Below the pieces are notes generated by a model. That model was not told the DNA's origin. It made no database searches and worked only from the letters and a program-made list of their open reading frames with translations. From NCBI RefSeq assembly GCF_009914755.1, contig NC_060931.1: a stretch of DNA of 64,000 nucleotides; one strand, given 5' to 3'. The position numbers and the translations under genes were made by a program. Positions within the stretch are counted from its first letter, which is position 1. Every line of letters begins with the position of its first letter. The DNA comes from the human T2T-CHM13v2.0 reference genome, Homo sapiens. Below are positions 20,061 to 38,308 of the stretch, piece by piece.

Positions 20061-22050
20061 TCACACCTGTAATCCCAGCACTTTGGGAGGCCGAGGGGGG
20101 TGGATCTTGAGGTCAGGTGTTCAAGACCAGCCTGGCAAAGATGGTGAAACCCCGTCTCTACTAAAAATACAAAAATAAGCCCGGTGAGGTGGTGCGCACC
20201 TGTAATCCCAGCTACTTGGGAGGCTGAGGCGGAGAATCACTTGAATCCGGGAGGCAGAGGTTTCAGTGAGCCAAGATCATGCCATTGCACTCCAGCCTAG
20301 GTGACAGAGTAAGACTCTGTCTCAAAAAAAAAAAAAAATTAGCTAGGTGTTCTGGCGTGCACCTGTAGTCTCAGCTCCTAGGGAGGCTGAGACAGGAGGA
20401 TTGTTTAAGCCTAGGGCATTGAGGTTGCTGTGAGCTGTGATTGCACCACTGTACTTCAGCCTGGGCAATAGAGCAAGACCCTGTCTCAAAAAGAAAGAAA
20501 TGAGCATGCTGGGAATGGGGACAGATGGCAATGTTAGGTAGAGTGGTCAGGGTTGGCCTCATAAGTGAAAATTGAGCAAAAGTTTGAAGCAGGTGATGGA
20601 GCTGGCCAAGGTGCTGAGGGAAGAGCACTGTAGGCTGAGTCAACAGGATAAAGGCGTTAGGAGGAAACTCCCTGGTGTGTCTGAGGCTCTGGAAGGAGGC
20701 CAGAGGAGCAAAGAGATAGAGGGAGTGAAGCAGGCGAGGAGGCCAGGGAGTTGCTGGGCTGGGATCAGTACAGATCATGTAAGCCCTGGAGGCTATTGCT
20801 GGGGCTTTGGCTTTTATTCTGACTGAAATGGGAACTGTGGGTGGGGGTGTTGGGGGTGGGTTCTGAGCAGAGAAGCATCGTGATCTTTCTCCTGATTTAA
20901 AAGCACCCCCTGGCTGCTGAGTTGAGAAAGACTGTGGGAAGATTTGGGTAGAAGCAGGGGGGCTGAGATTTGGCAACATCCAGGCGGGAGATGAAGTCAG
21001 TCAATAGGATTTCCTGACAGACTGGATGTAAGCTGTGAGAGAAGGCAGGAGTCAAGGTTGAGTTTGGTTCTAATTGAATTATTAAGTAATTTTTGAAAAC
21101 ACTACTGCCTTTCCCAATCCTACCAAGTAAAGGATGCTAGATTAAAGAAATCGCAAGTCAGGCCACACAGGTGCAGTGGCTCACACCTATAGTTGCAACA
21201 GTTTGAGAGGCAGAAGATGGGAGTATGTTTTAAGGCCATGAGTTCGACAACAGCCTTGCAACATAGCAAGACCTCCCTCTACAAAAATAAAAGAAAGAAA
21301 TTTAATAAAATAAAATAAATATGGCCGGGCATGGTGGTGTGTACCTATGGCCCCAGTTACTCAGGAGGCTGAGGTGGGCAGATCTCTTGAGGCTAGGAGT
21401 TTGAGACCATCTTGGACAACATAGTAAGACTTCTCTGTCTACAAAAATTAAAAAAAAAATAGCCTGATATGGTGGTACTTGCCTGTATTCCCAGGTACTG
21501 GTACAGCTGAGGCAGGAGGATCTCTTGAGCCCAGCTGGTCAAGGCTGCAGTGAGCTATGATTATACCACTGCACTCCAGCCTGGGTGACAGAGCAGGACC
21601 CTGTCTCAAAATACAAATATGAATGAAGTGAAATCTCAAGTCAGACCAGTCCCTTCTAGGCTATGCAGGCCTTGCAACCACATAGCTGCGTGATCAGGAT
21701 TGTGTGGCTGTGGATGAGGAGACCCCTGCCCAATTGTTGTTGGCTATATAATCAGTTTATTTTTAAATATAGTAATCAGATATATTTCATCATGCTTAAT
21801 GATCTCAAATATGTGTGGGTTTTGGAATTCTCCTTAGAACAGGTTGTAACATCTTATTGGCTCTATCATTCCCTGATTTTTTTTATCTTATCAGTTTTTA
21901 ATAAGATCAGAATTGGTATTAGACTACCTAATCAGTTTTGATTAAGGAGAAAATGAAATTGTTGTTCGCACTTTATCCAAGATTGGTGTCATATTTGCTA
22001 AATCAAATCAATACTTGAACAAATGCAAAATTAGGGCTTCTTTATCATGA

Positions 22051-22399
<349 letters not shown>

Positions 22400-24328
22400 T
22401 AATAAACAGTTGCTATCATTGCAGACTTGCTATTTAGGCACTTAGGAATTTTTCACTAGAAGGCATGTAAAGAAAGACCATCAGCATTTGTAATGAATTT
22501 AGCATTCATTCTTTGACTGCATGACTGTCCCCAGAGCTTTAACTTTACTAATGAATGTTTCAGAAGCCACTTAGCTAGCAACTGGGCCTTACCAGCCACT
22601 TACTCTCATTATTCAGTGCTCTTTTATTCTTGTCTATTTCTCCTCAAACTTGGCTACACTCACAAAGTGATAAAAACTTGTATTTTCTTTCCTTTTTAGA
22701 GACAGGGTCTTGCTCTGTCACCCAGGCTGCAGTACAGTGACATGATCATGGTTCACTGTAGCCTCAAACTCCTGGGCTTAAGCAATCCTCAGTCTCCCAG
22801 GTAGCTGGGACTACGGACGTGTGCCACCATGCCCAGCTAATTTTTTAATTTTTTTATCATAGAGATGGGATCTTGCTAGATTGCTCAGACTAGGCTCAAA
22901 CTCCTGACCTCAAGTGATCCTCCTGCCTCAGCCTCCCAAAGTGCTGGGATTACAGGCAGGCATGACCACCTGTGCCCAGCCACTTATTATTTTAAATAAT
23001 AGCTGTATTAAAATATGATTCACATACCCTTCAATTTATTTATTTATTGAAATCTGCAATTCAGTAGGTTTTAGAATATTCACAGAGCTGTGCATCGATC
23101 ACCACAGTCACTTTTAGAACCTTTCATTACCGTATAGAGAAATCCGCACCTCTTAGCCACTACCTCCTACTCCTCCCTACCTGCCTTGGCCCCCCAGCCT
23201 TAGGCAACCATTGATTCATTTTTTATCACTATAGAATTTCCTAATCTGGACAAATAGAATTGTACAATATGTGATCTTTTGTGGCTTTTTTTTCCCTCTT
23301 AGCACAATGTTTTCAAAGTTCCTTTATGTCATAGTGTGTATCAGTATTTCATTTCTTGTATGACTGAATAATATTCCATGGTAGAGACACACTGCATTTT
23401 GTTCATCTGTTCATCAGTTGGTGGACATTTGGGTTGTTTCCACGTATTGGCTATTATGAACAATGCTGCTATGAAGATTGCTGTACAAGTTTTTGTGCGG
23501 ACATATATTTCTATTTCTCTGGGATATATGCCTAGGAGTGAAATTGTTGCATTATATGATGACTGTATATTTAGCCTTTTGAGAAACTGCCAGTTTGTCT
23601 TCTAAAGTGGCTACACCAGTTGGGTGTGATGGCTCACACCTGTAGTCCCAGCTACTCAGGAGGCTCAGTTGGGAGGATGGCTTGAGCCCACAAGTTCAAG
23701 ATCAGCCTGGGCAAGATAGCAAGACCCTGTCTTGATTTTTAAAAAATCCAATTAAAATGACAAGAAAAGCGTGGTTACACGATTTTATGTTCCCAACAGT
23801 AATGTATGTGGGTTCCAATTCCTCCACATCTTCGCTGACTTTTTTTTTTTTTCTAGACAGGGGCTTGCTCTGTCTCTCAGGCTGCAGCACAGTGACGGCA
23901 TCACAGTTCACTGCAGCCTTGACCTCCCAGGCACAAGTGATTTTCTCATCTCAGCCTCCTGAGTAGCTGATAATTACAGGTGCATGCCACCATGCCTGGC
24001 TAATTTTTATATTTTTTTGTAGTGATGGGGTTTTACCATGTTGCTCAGGCTGGTCTCTTACTCCTGGCCCCAAGTGATCTGCCCACCTCAGCCTCGCAAA
24101 GTTCTGGAATTACAGGCTAAGCCACTGTGCCCGGCCTTCACCAACATTTGTTATTATCTGGTTTTTTTTCTTTATATCTTAAAGCAGTATAAGAACAAGT
24201 GTCTTCAATTATAGTAAACAAAAAATATAATCCCAGGGCATTGGGAGAGTGGGAGGGTGAGATAGGAAGATCTTTTGATGCCAGGAGTTTTTTTGTTTGT
24301 TTGTTTGTTTGTTGTTTGTTTGTTTTGA

Positions 24329-24647
<319 letters not shown>

Positions 24648-24685
24648 TAGCAAGACCTCGTCTCTACAGAATATTTAAAAATTAG

Positions 24686-25138
<453 letters not shown>

Positions 25139-25274
25139 TGAGGTGAGGGAGTTTTCCTGCTGCTCCACTCTGTGAGGAGTTGGAGGATGATGTTTACTTG
25201 TTTGCAGAGAGAGATGCCTTGTAGGTACCTTAGGATGGAGGGGATCCTGATTCCAATGTCCTTTTTTTCTTTAG

Positions 25275-25445
<171 letters not shown>

Positions 25446-25561
25446 TAGAGATGGGGCCTTGCTATGTTGCCAGGGCTGACCTTGAACTCCTGGACTCAAG
25501 GGATTTTCCTGCCTTGGCCTCCCAAAGTATTGGTAATACAGGCATGAGCCATTGTGCCCAC

Positions 25562-25780
25562 TATCTCTGGTTCTTAACCTTCTGCCTCCCTCTTCCACAT
25601 TTAAAGAACACTTGTAATTACATGGGCTCACCCAGATACTCCAGGATAATCTTGTTTTAAAGTCACCTGATTAGCAACATTAATTCCATCTGCACTCTTA
25701 ATTCCCCCTTCCTATGTAATTGTGTGGTGTAACATAGGACATGAGCAGTTGGGGGTGGGGGTCATTATCTTGGCCACCAC
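25562..25780 (-). mobile_element. MLT1 MaLR LTR fragment
   Basis: ctgcctccctcttccacatttaaag; cttgtaattacat; ccaggataatct; tgattagcaac. Confidence 0.65.
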
Positions 25781-26856
25781 AGTGACTGTTTTGTGCCAGG
25801 CACTGAGCTAAGCACTGGTGAATTAAACATGAATAACACATACTCCCTAATCTCCATTCATATATGGGAGGAGCACCTCACCTCCCATGCTCCTGAGAAT
25901 CTGGGGAGTCAAGGAAGGCTTCCAGGAGGAGATGATGCCAAAGCAGACAAGTGACAGAGGAGCCAAAGCTAGCCAGGAAGAGAGTAGAGATTTAAGGGGA
26001 AGCATATTCTAAGCAGAGGGCATCACCCACTTCAGAGGCTCCCAGAGGAGAGAGAGTGGGCATTCAAGGTGCAGATGAGGCTCAGTTGGACTCTACAGCA
26101 GGTAAAATGGAGAGGGGCAAGCAGTGAGGCTGCCTTGCAAGGCAGGGTAGAGCAGGGGTTTGGACTTAATACCCAAGGCAAGGAGAAGTGATGTAAATGG
26201 GGGAGGAGTAATGTGATGAGATTCATGGATTAGAGACGTGGCCCAGGCTGCTGTGTGGAGAAGGCACCAGGGAAAGCAGATGGCTCAGTGGGTGTGCTGG
26301 AGACCTAAAGCAGGGGAAACACTGAGTTTAGGGAGAGGTTTTTTTTTTAAATATAAGAAGTTTGATTAGTTTAAATGATGGTGAGAAGGAGCTAAAAGGG
26401 GGGGATAGGTAATGATACAGGGAAGTGGGAGGAAGAACTGACAAGTGAGGTTCCAGAGAGGGCGGGAGAAGTAGGGGGATCAGCACTTTCTTTTCTTTTC
26501 TTTTTCTTTCTAAGACAGGGTCTCACTATCTCCCAGGAGTGCAATGGCATGATCTTGGCTCATTGTAGCCTAGACTTCCCAGGCTCAATGGGTCCTCCCA
26601 CCCCAGACTCCAAGTAGCTGGAACAACAGGTGTGCACCGCCACCACACCTGGCTAACTTCTTTCTTTTTTTGGTAGACACAGGGTCTCACTATGTTGTAC
26701 AGGCTGGTCTCCAACTCCAGGCCTTGAGCGATCCTCCTGCCTAGTCTTCCCAAATTGCTGAGATTACAGGCTTGAGCCACCATGCCTGGCCTCTGCTAGT
26801 TCTGTATTCTCTCGAGTCGTCTTTACTTTGTGCTGTTTTGTCCCTCATTATGCTGA

Positions 26857-27048
<192 letters not shown>

Positions 27049-27193
27049 TAATAGAGGCGGTGTTTCTCCATGTTGGTCAAGCTGGTCTCAAACTCCCGAC
27101 CTCAGGTGATCTGCCTGCTTCAGCCTCCCAAAGTCCTGGGATTACAGGCGTGAGTCACCGCGCCCAGCCAAAATTTAATACTTTTTATATTAA

Positions 27194-27406
<213 letters not shown>

Positions 27407-27849
27407 TAATTCCCAGGCTGGTCTCAAACTCCTGAGCTCAAAGCGATCCACCCGCCTTGGCCTCCCAAAGTGCTAGAATTACAGGTTTGAGCCACCTTGC
27501 CCATTCTAGTTTAAACTTTTGAATGGTTTATATCTCCTGATTGGACTCCTACAAATACAGAATTGATGCTAGGAAGGGTACCAGGAGATAGACCCACACA
27601 GATGGGATTTGGGCACAGGTTTGGTTATCCAAGGAGCAGAGCTGAGCTCCTTGCCAATGGGACACGGGATGCTGGTGATTTCCAGGAACTGACCTCACAA
27701 TGACTCAAGCTACCACTTATTGTTGATTGTGATGAAATGCTAGCTGAAGCATATGCCCTGCAAGCTTAGGGGTGCTACACTTGACCACGGCGGCAGTAAA
27801 GATGACTCTGAAGAATGGCATGGGATGGATCCTTTTGAATGCACTCAAG

Positions 27850-28300
27850 CAGGGGTCTCCAACCACAGGTCCATAGAGCCGGAGGTGAGCAGCGGGCGAG
27901 TGAGGGGAAACTTCATCTGTATTTATAGCCCCTCCCATCGCTCCCATGACCACCTGAGCGCCATGTCCTGTCAGATCAGCAGCAGCATTAGATTCTCATA
28001 GGAGCACGAACCCTGTTGTGAACTGTGCATGTGAGGGATCTAGGTTGCACGCTCCTTGTGAGAATCTAATGGCTGATGATCTGTCACTGTCTCCCGTCAC
28101 CCCAGTTGAACAGTCTTGATGCAGGAAAACAAGCTCAGAGATCCCACTGATTCTACATTATAGTGAGTTGTATAATTATTTCATTATATATTACAATGTA
28201 ATAATAATAGAAATAAAGTGCACAATATATGTAATGCACTTGAATCATCCCAAAATCATTTCCTTCACCCCGAGTCTGTGGAAAAATTGTCTTCCACAAA
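27850..28300 (+). mobile_element. MER1A (hAT-Charlie-derived DNA transposon), copy 1
   Basis: cagggg TIR start; cagatcagcagcagcattagattctcatagg; ccactgattctacattat; gtggaaaaattgtcttccac. Confidence 0.8.
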
Positions 28301-28758
28301 TTCACTCTGTTTTTTTGGTAGAGACAGGGTCTTAATATGTTGCCCAGGCTGATCTCAAACTGCTTGCCTCAAGTAATATATCCCTCTCAGCCTCCCAAAG
28401 TGCTGAGATTGTAGGCATAAGCCACTATGCTCAACCAAGACTGAGTTTCTTAAACCAAATAAAGATTAAGTGAGATTACCTGAGCCCAGGTGGTTGAGGC
28501 TGCAGTGAGCCCTGATTACACCACTGCTCTCCAGCCTAGGTAACAGAATGAGACTCTGTCTCAAAAAATAAAATAAAATAAAGTACGATAACATATAAAT
28601 TAACCCTTTATAACATTCCCAGTAACTTTTCCTCCTAAGTGTTCCCCACAAGCCTTTGAATTTTGTTAAATTTTCACATACCATTTAAACCGTTTAAGAA
28701 CTTATGTCTGTCTGTGTCATCCCTCTTTTTCAAAAGAATGTCTTTTTGTCACTTCCAG

Positions 28759-28823
28759 CTGAATCTACCATGAAAGACTTCAGAATCCAGGAAGAGAGAC
28801 TGACTGGGCAACATCTTATTCAG
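28759..28823 (+). ncRNA. Candidate 65-bp exon, copy 2
   Basis: cttccag| acceptor and cag|gtacaa donor. Paralog of 17035-17099 at offset 11724. Confidence 0.6.
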
Positions 28824-29137
28824 GTACAAAAAGACTTGGACTATAACTCAAAAATGATCAAATAATAGTGCATGCCTCAAGTGCAATGGGAAGCTCTTCT
28901 GAAGGGTGAGAGAAGCTTCCAGTTAAGGTAACACTGAAGCTGGGTCCTGAAAGATGAGGAAGAGTTGTATGAGAGTGGGGAGGGAAGGGGGAGGTGGAGG
29001 GATGGGGAATGGGCTGGGATGGGATGGAGTGAGCTGCCCAGGCAGGTAAACCAGCACTGTAAAGACCTGGACAATGAAGATGGCACATTTTATTCAGGGA
29101 ATGGTGAATTAAGTGTGGCAGGAATGCTTTGGAGAGA

Positions 29138-29237
29138 CAGTAATTTGCTTGTATGGAATTTTGCCCAAGAGACCTCATTACAGTTTCTAATCTGTTAATG
29201 TTATCATGCATCCCTGTCCTGGTCAAATAGTTTAGAA
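29138..29237 (-). pseudogene. Calmodulin retrocopy fragment, paralog of 17414-17513
   Basis: Same TVMRSLGQN sequence in the duplicated module. Confidence 0.8.
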
Positions 29238-31893
29238 TAGGTATAATGATCACAATAACACCAATCATAGTATTTCATTAGTTCTCACAAAATCACAGGT
29301 AGGTGCCACAGTTATCCCCATTTTGTGAATGAAGTGATGAAGACTTAGGAATAATGAGTGATTTGCCCAAGCTCACCTGGATATTAAGACTGAGTCAAAT
29401 GTCGGGTCTGGTCTGACTTTAATGTTTGCTTTGTTCATGAGCACCACGTATTGCCTCTCCTATGCAGTGAAGCAGGTAGACAGGTGAAAGAAAAGCCCAT
29501 GTTAGTCTCTACTCACACACTTCTGACTGAATGTGTGTGTGGAGTTTCTACACCAAGTTCTCCAATGCTCTGGATATTAACTGGGTATCCCACAATTTTA
29601 TTCTGACACTACCTGGAGTTGACACAGACCCCACAGTTTAGGGTCTCAGTACCACGAGACCACCCTCATTTCAGATGCCAATGCAAGTCCTAGGTTGTTA
29701 CCTGTACTTTTGACCAACCTGTTACAAATCGGGGTTCCCATGACCCTCTTCTTGGGTTTAATAATTTGCTAGAACAGTTTACAGAACTCAAAAAAACAGT
29801 TTATTTTATTTTTTTCTTAGAGACAGGGTCTCATTTTGTTGTCCAGGCTGGTGTGCAGTGGTGCAGTCATAGCTCACTGCAGCCTGGACTGCCTGTGTTC
29901 AAGTGGTCCTCCCACCTCAGCCTCCCTAGTAGCTGAGACTACACACCTGCACCACTACATCTGGCTAATTTCTTTTATTTTTTGTAGAGATGGGGTCTTG
30001 TTGTGTTGCCCAGTCCGGCCACAAATTCCTGGGCTCAAGCGATCCTCCCACCTCAGCCTCTTAAAGTGCTGGGATTACAGATGTGAGCCACCACATCTGG
30101 CCAGTTCATTTCCTATTACAGGTTCATTGTAAAGGATACATCTCAGAAACAGCCAATGAAAGAGATGTACATGCTGGATGTTGTGACTCACGCCTGTAAT
30201 CCCAGCACTTTGGGAGGCTGAGGTGGGAGGATTGCTTAAATTCAGGAGTTTGAGACCAGCCTGGGCAACATGGTGAAAACCTGTCTCTACAAAAAAAAAA
30301 AAAAGCCGGGTGTGGTGTTGTGTACCTATAGTTCTAGCTACTAGGGAAGCTGAGGTGAGAGGATGCCTTGAGCTGGGGACTGGGGAGGCTTAGGTTGTAG
30401 TAAGCTGAGATTGTGCCACTGTACTCTAGCCTGGACAAAAGAGCCAGACCCTGTCTCAAAAAAAAGAAAAGAAAGATGCCCAGGGCAGGGTAACTTTGGG
30501 AGCACAGAGCTCCCATGCCCTCTGTTGAACATGCTACCCTCCCAGAATCTCCTGCGTTCAACAACCCCAGAAGCTCTGCAAACCCTGTTGTTCAGGGTGT
30601 TTATGGAGGCTTTATCATGCAAGCACGATTGATAAAATCTTTGGCAGTTGGTGATTAAGTCAATCTCCAGCCCCTCTTCCTCCTGGAGTTCAGTGCATGA
30701 GGCTGAAAGTTCCAAGCCTCTAATCATGTGGTTGCTTTTTCCGGCAATCAGTCCTCCTCCTGAAAAAATCTAGGAGCTTGCAGTCACCCAGTCATCTCAA
30801 CAACATCACCAAATGCATTCTTGTCATGCTGGAGATCCCAAAGTTCTTAAAGGCTCTTGTGTCAGAAACCTGGGACCAAGACCAAATATTAAAACAAAAG
30901 ATGCTCCTATCACCTCTAACACTGAGGTCTTTATAAGGGCTTTAGAAGCCCTCTACCAGGAACCAGGGACAGAGACCAGATATATATTTCTTTTGTTTTC
31001 TTTTTTTGAGGCGGAATCTCCCTGTGTCATCCAGGCTGGAGTGCAGCGATGTGATCATAGCTCACTATAGCTTTGACCTCCTGAGCTCAAGCAATCCTCC
31101 TACCTCAGCCTCCCAAGTAGCTGGGACTACACGTGCATGTCACCCATGCCCAGCTCATCTTTGTAGAGATGAAATTTAGTTATGTCGCCCAGGCTGATCT
31201 CAAACTCCTGGGCTAAAGTGATCGTCTTACCTCAGCCTCTCAAGTAGCTGGGACTACAGGCACACACCACATCCAGCTCACATTTATTTTCATTTTTTTC
31301 TAGAGGTGGGGTCTCTCTATGTTGTTCAGGCTAGTTTCAAACTTTGGGTCTCAGATGTTCCTTCTGCCTTGGTCTCCCAAATTGTTGCGATTATGTGTGG
31401 CAGCCACCATGCCCAGCAATCACAAGAGTCTTTATAAAAGAAAGAGGGTAGGAGAGTCAGAATTGGAGCAGGAGATGTGGTGATGGAAGCAGAGGTCAGA
31501 GAGGGAGATTTGAAGATGCTTCACTTCTGGCTTTGAAGATGGAGTCAGGGGCCATGATCCAAGGAATGGGGGTGGCTTCTAGAAGCTGGAAAAGCCAAGG
31601 AAACACTTTAGAGCCTTCAAAAGGAATGCAGCCCTGCTGACACCTTGACTTTAGCCTTAATAAATCTAGTTTGGGCTTCTGGCCCCCAGAACTGTAAGAT
31701 GGTAGATTTGTAGTGTTTTAAGCCACTAAATTTAGGAAATTGCAAACTATGTTGCAGCAGCAAGAAGAAAGGAACATGAAGCCAGGCATGGTGGCTTATG
31801 CCAGCAATCCGTAGGAATTTTAGGCAGGAGGATCACTTGAGGCCAGGAATTCAAGACCAGCCTATGCAACACAGTGAGACCTTGTGTCTACTA

Positions 31894-32526
<633 letters not shown>

Positions 32527-34114
32527 TTAAGCCAAGACTTGAAGGAGGGCAAGGAGCTGGCCAAGGTGCTGAGGGAAGAGGATTGTGGGCAGAAACAACT
32601 GAATAAACTGTCTGAGGTGTGTCTGAGGCTCTGGAAGGAGGCCAGTGGAGCAGAAGGAAAGAGGGAGAGAATTAGGGCAGGAGGCCAGGGAGTTGCTGGG
32701 CAGGGATCAGTACAGACTGTGTAAGCCCTGGGAGGTTATTGCTGGGCCAGATAGGAAATTGAAGAGGGTTCTGAGCAGAGAGGCGACATGATCTGTCTGC
32801 CGATTTAAAAGCATTCTCTGGCTGCTGAGTTGAGAAAGACTGTGGGAAGATTTGGGTAGAAGCATGGGGGCCAAGCTGTGGCAACATCCAGGCGGGAGAT
32901 GATAGTAGTCTTGACCAGGGTCATGGTGGTGTTGAGAGATGGTCAGAGGAGAGAAGTAGGAGAGGAGGCCAGGGAGTCGGTGGGTGGGGATCTTCAGTAT
33001 GTGTTGAAGACAGTCAACAGGATTTCCTGACAGACTGGATGTGGGGTGTAAGAGAAGGCAGGGGTCAAGGTTGAGTTAGATTCTTACTGAATTATGAAGT
33101 AATTTTAAAAACGACTACTGCCTTTCTCAATCCTGTCAAGTATGGGATGCTAGATTAAAGAAATCTCTTCAGGCTCAGTACAGTGGCTCATGCCTGTAGT
33201 CCCAGCTGTTTGGAAAGCAGAAATGGGAGTATCTTTTAAGGACAGGAATTCAAGACCAGCCTGGGCAACATAGCAAGACCTCCTCTCTACAAAAATATTT
33301 TTCTTTTTTTTTCTTTTTGAGATGGAGTTTTGCTCTTGTTGCCCAGGCGGGAGTGCAATGGCTCAATCTCGGCTCACCGCAACCTCCACCTCCTGGGTTC
33401 AAGCGATTCTCCTGGGTTCAAGTGATTCCCCTGCCACCTCAGCCTTCCTGAGTAGCTGGGATTACGGGCATGCACCACCACGCCTGGCTAATTTGGTATT
33501 TTTAGTAGAGACGGGGTTTCTCCATGTTGGTCAGGCTGGTCTCGAATTCCCAACCTCAGGTGATCTGCCCACCTCGGCCTCCCAAAGTGCTGGGATTACA
33601 GGCATGAGCCACCACACCCGGCCAAAAATATTTTTCAATATTTAATAAAATAAAATAAATGTAGCTACGCATGGTGATATGTACTTGTAGTCACAGCTAC
33701 TCAGGAGGCTGAGGTGGGCAGATCTCTTGAGGTGTCAGGAGTTTGAGGCCAGCTTGGGCAACGTAGCAAGACCCCTCACTCTACAAAAAATTTAAAAAAT
33801 AGCCAGGTATGGTGGCACTCAACGCTAGTACCAGCTACTGGGGAGCTGAGGCAGGAAAATGGCTTGAGCCCAGGAGGTCGACCCTGCAGTGAGCTACAAG
33901 TGCATAGCCACATTCCAATCTGGGTGACAGAGCAGGACCTGTCTCACAACACAAATAGAAATACAAATAAAATAATAAAATCTCAAGTCAGAGACTTTTG
34001 TCTCTGCAGCCCTTGCAACCCCAGAGCCGTGCAGTGGGGTTTGTGTCACTGGGAATGAGGAGACCCTTGCCCAGTGTTGTTGCCTGACTAATCAGTGTTT
34101 TAAAAAATATATTA

Positions 34115-34315
<201 letters not shown>

Positions 34316-34447
34316 TCACTTGAACCTGGGGGGCAGAGGTTATGGTGAGCCGCGATCACGCCACTTCACTCCAGCCTGGATGAAAGAACGAGACTCCGTC
34401 TCAAAAAAAAAAAGTATTATATCAACATGTAATTGTTTTATTATTAA

Positions 34448-34693
<246 letters not shown>

Positions 34694-34954
34694 TGACCCG
34701 CCCACCTCGGCCTCCCAAAGTGCTAGGATTACAGGCATGAGCCACTGCGCCTGGCCAAATATTTTAAAAATTTTGTCTTGTATTACTTATATCAACATGT
34801 AATAGTTTTATTATTATGTAATGAATATTTTTAAAATTTTGTCTTATTTTCTAATTTTAATATAATTATTTATATAAAGAAAAAGTCTTAGAGATCTTCA
34901 ATAAAGTTAAAAAATGTAAAGGGATGCTAGACCCCGAAAGATTGAGAACTTCTA

Positions 34955-36004
<1,050 letters not shown>

Positions 36005-36051
36005 TAAGTGGCTGAGACTATAGGTGCTTGGTACTGTGCCCAACTAATATT

Positions 36052-36172
36052 TGGACTTTTCCTATATGTGGGTTCCAGAGGGCTGACTGTGAAATGTGAG
36101 TATGCATGGATTTTGGTATATGCAGAGATGGGGGGCTGGAACTAATCCTCTCTGTATACCGAGGGATGACTG
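36052..36172 (+). mobile_element. MER2 (Tigger-derived) end fragment (paralog ~14500-14600)
   Basis: gagtatgcatggattttggtat...ataccgagggatgactg terminus followed by TA. Confidence 0.65.
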
Positions 36173-37897
36173 TATATGTTTTTACAATTATGCTGTATGA
36201 CACATATTGTTCCATAGCCTTGAAAATGATAATTTTTAATGAAAATTATTTTTAATTGAGAGGAATAATAATAAAAGTAGCAGCTGGCCAGGTGTGGTGG
36301 CTCACACCAGTAATCACAACACTTTCGGAGGCTGAGGTAGGAGGATGGCTTGAGGCCAAGAGTTTGAGACAGGCCTCGGAAACCAAAGGAGACACCATCC
36401 CTACAGAAAAGTACATGAATTATCCTAGTGTGGTGACATGTTCCTGTAGTCCCAGCTACTTGGGAGGCTGCTGTGGGAAGATCACTTGAGTCCAAGGAGG
36501 TTGAGACTGCAGTGAGTCGTGATCAGGCCTCTGCACTCCAGCCTGGGTGACAGAGTGAGACCCTGTCTCAAAGCAACAAAAAAGTAGCAGCTAACATTAA
36601 CTGACCTTTTACCAGGTGCCTATAAATACCATAGTATAATTTCTTATAACTGTTTCTTACTTAACTTAACCACTCTGTTTTCAATTACTCCCAGAATTTC
36701 ACTGTGTTTATGCAGATGACCTTTTGTTTAGATTGAATTGTCTCCCCAAGGTATTTCCAGAAGTAAGATTACTGTGAGTCATGGTGAATGGGCATTCTCA
36801 TTGCCCTTGATGTACATTGACAAGGTTTTGGGTGCCTCCTGGCTATAATCCCAGCCCTTTGGAGGCTAAGACAGGAGGATTGCTTGAGGCCAAGAGTTGG
36901 AGGAGGCAGTAAGGTGAGACCCTGTCTCTATTATTTTAAAAAATTGCCAACCTTTACCTTGGAAGACTATGTACAATTTAAACACCCCTCCTAGTATAAG
37001 AAAGTGTCCATTTCACTGCACCTTTGCCTGCACAGGGTATTATAATTTAATAAGTTATTTTTTGTTTGATTATTTTAAATAGATAAAATACCGCATATTA
37101 CTTGGTCACATTTCAGCATCTTCCCTTAGCTTATTAGCTCTATTTCTTTTCTGTCTGTAAATGGTTGTTGTTGTTGTCGTTTTGTTGTTTTGTTTGAGAC
37201 GGGGTCTTGCTGTGTCACCCAGGCTTGACTGTAGTGGCATAATCATGACTCACTGTAGCCTTGACCTCCCAGGCTCAAACTATTCTCTTACTTCAGCTTC
37301 CTGAGTAGCTGGGACTACAAGTGTGCACCACCACTCCCAGCTAATTTTTTTCTTTTTTTGGATAGAGACAGGGTCTCACTGTGTTGTCCAGGCCAATCTC
37401 TAGCTCCCGGCCTCAATCAGTCCTCCTGTGTTGGCTTCTTAAATTGCTGGAATTTCAGGCATGAGCCACCATGCCTGGCCTGGGCTAGTCCTATATTCTC
37501 TGGAGTTCTCTTTACTTTGTGCTAGCCAGTCTCTCATTATGCTGTTCCCCTGTTATAATGAATAATTCTCTGTATTAAATTTACCACTTTAAACTTTTGA
37601 GTGGTTTATGTCTCCTGGTTGGACTCTAATATGCTAAGAAGGGTCCCTGGAGATAGACTCACACAGATGGGATTTGGGGATAGGTTTGGTTATCCAAGGG
37701 GCAGTGCTGAGCTCCTTGCCAATGGGAAACGGAATGCTGGTGATTTCCAGGAAGTGACCTCACAATGACTCAAGCTACTGCTTACTGTTGATTGTGATGA
37801 AATGCCAGCTGAGGCACATGCCTTGGGAGCTAAGTGGTTGCTGCACTTGACCGCTATGAAGACTGGTGTGGGAATGGTCCTTTTGGATGCACTTCAG

Positions 37898-38308
37898 CAG
37901 GGGTCCCCAACCCCTGAGCCATGGAGCTGTAAGGAGCCACACAGCAGGAGGTGAGTGGTGTTGAGTGAGGGAAGCTGCATCTGTATTTACAGCCACTCCC
38001 CATTGCTCACATTCCCGCCTGAGCTCCGCCTTCTCTCAGATCAGCAGCAGCATTAGATTCTCATAGGAGCATGCATCCTATGCAAACCGTGCATGCGAGA
38101 GATCTGGGTTGTGCTGTCCCTATGAGAATCTAATACCTGATTATCTGTCACTTTCTTCCATCAATTCAGATGGGACCATCTTGTTGCAGGAAAATAAGCT
38201 TAACATGTCCACTGATTCTACATTATGGTGAGTTCTATAATTATTTCATTATATACTACAATGTAATAATGGAAATAAAGTGCCTAATAAATGTAATGCG
38301 CTTGAATC
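37898..38308 (+). mobile_element. MER1A copy 2, 3'-truncated and joined directly to the tandem array
   Basis: caggggtccccaaccc start. Similarity to copy 1 ends at gcttgaatc (38308). Confidence 0.8.
38170..38227 (+). ncRNA. Candidate MER1A-derived 58-bp exon
   Basis: ctttcttccatcaattcag| acceptor and atg|GTGAGT donor. Upstream donor gag|GTGAGT at 37951; downstream acceptor ttttggctcag| ending at 38319. Confidence 0.55.
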
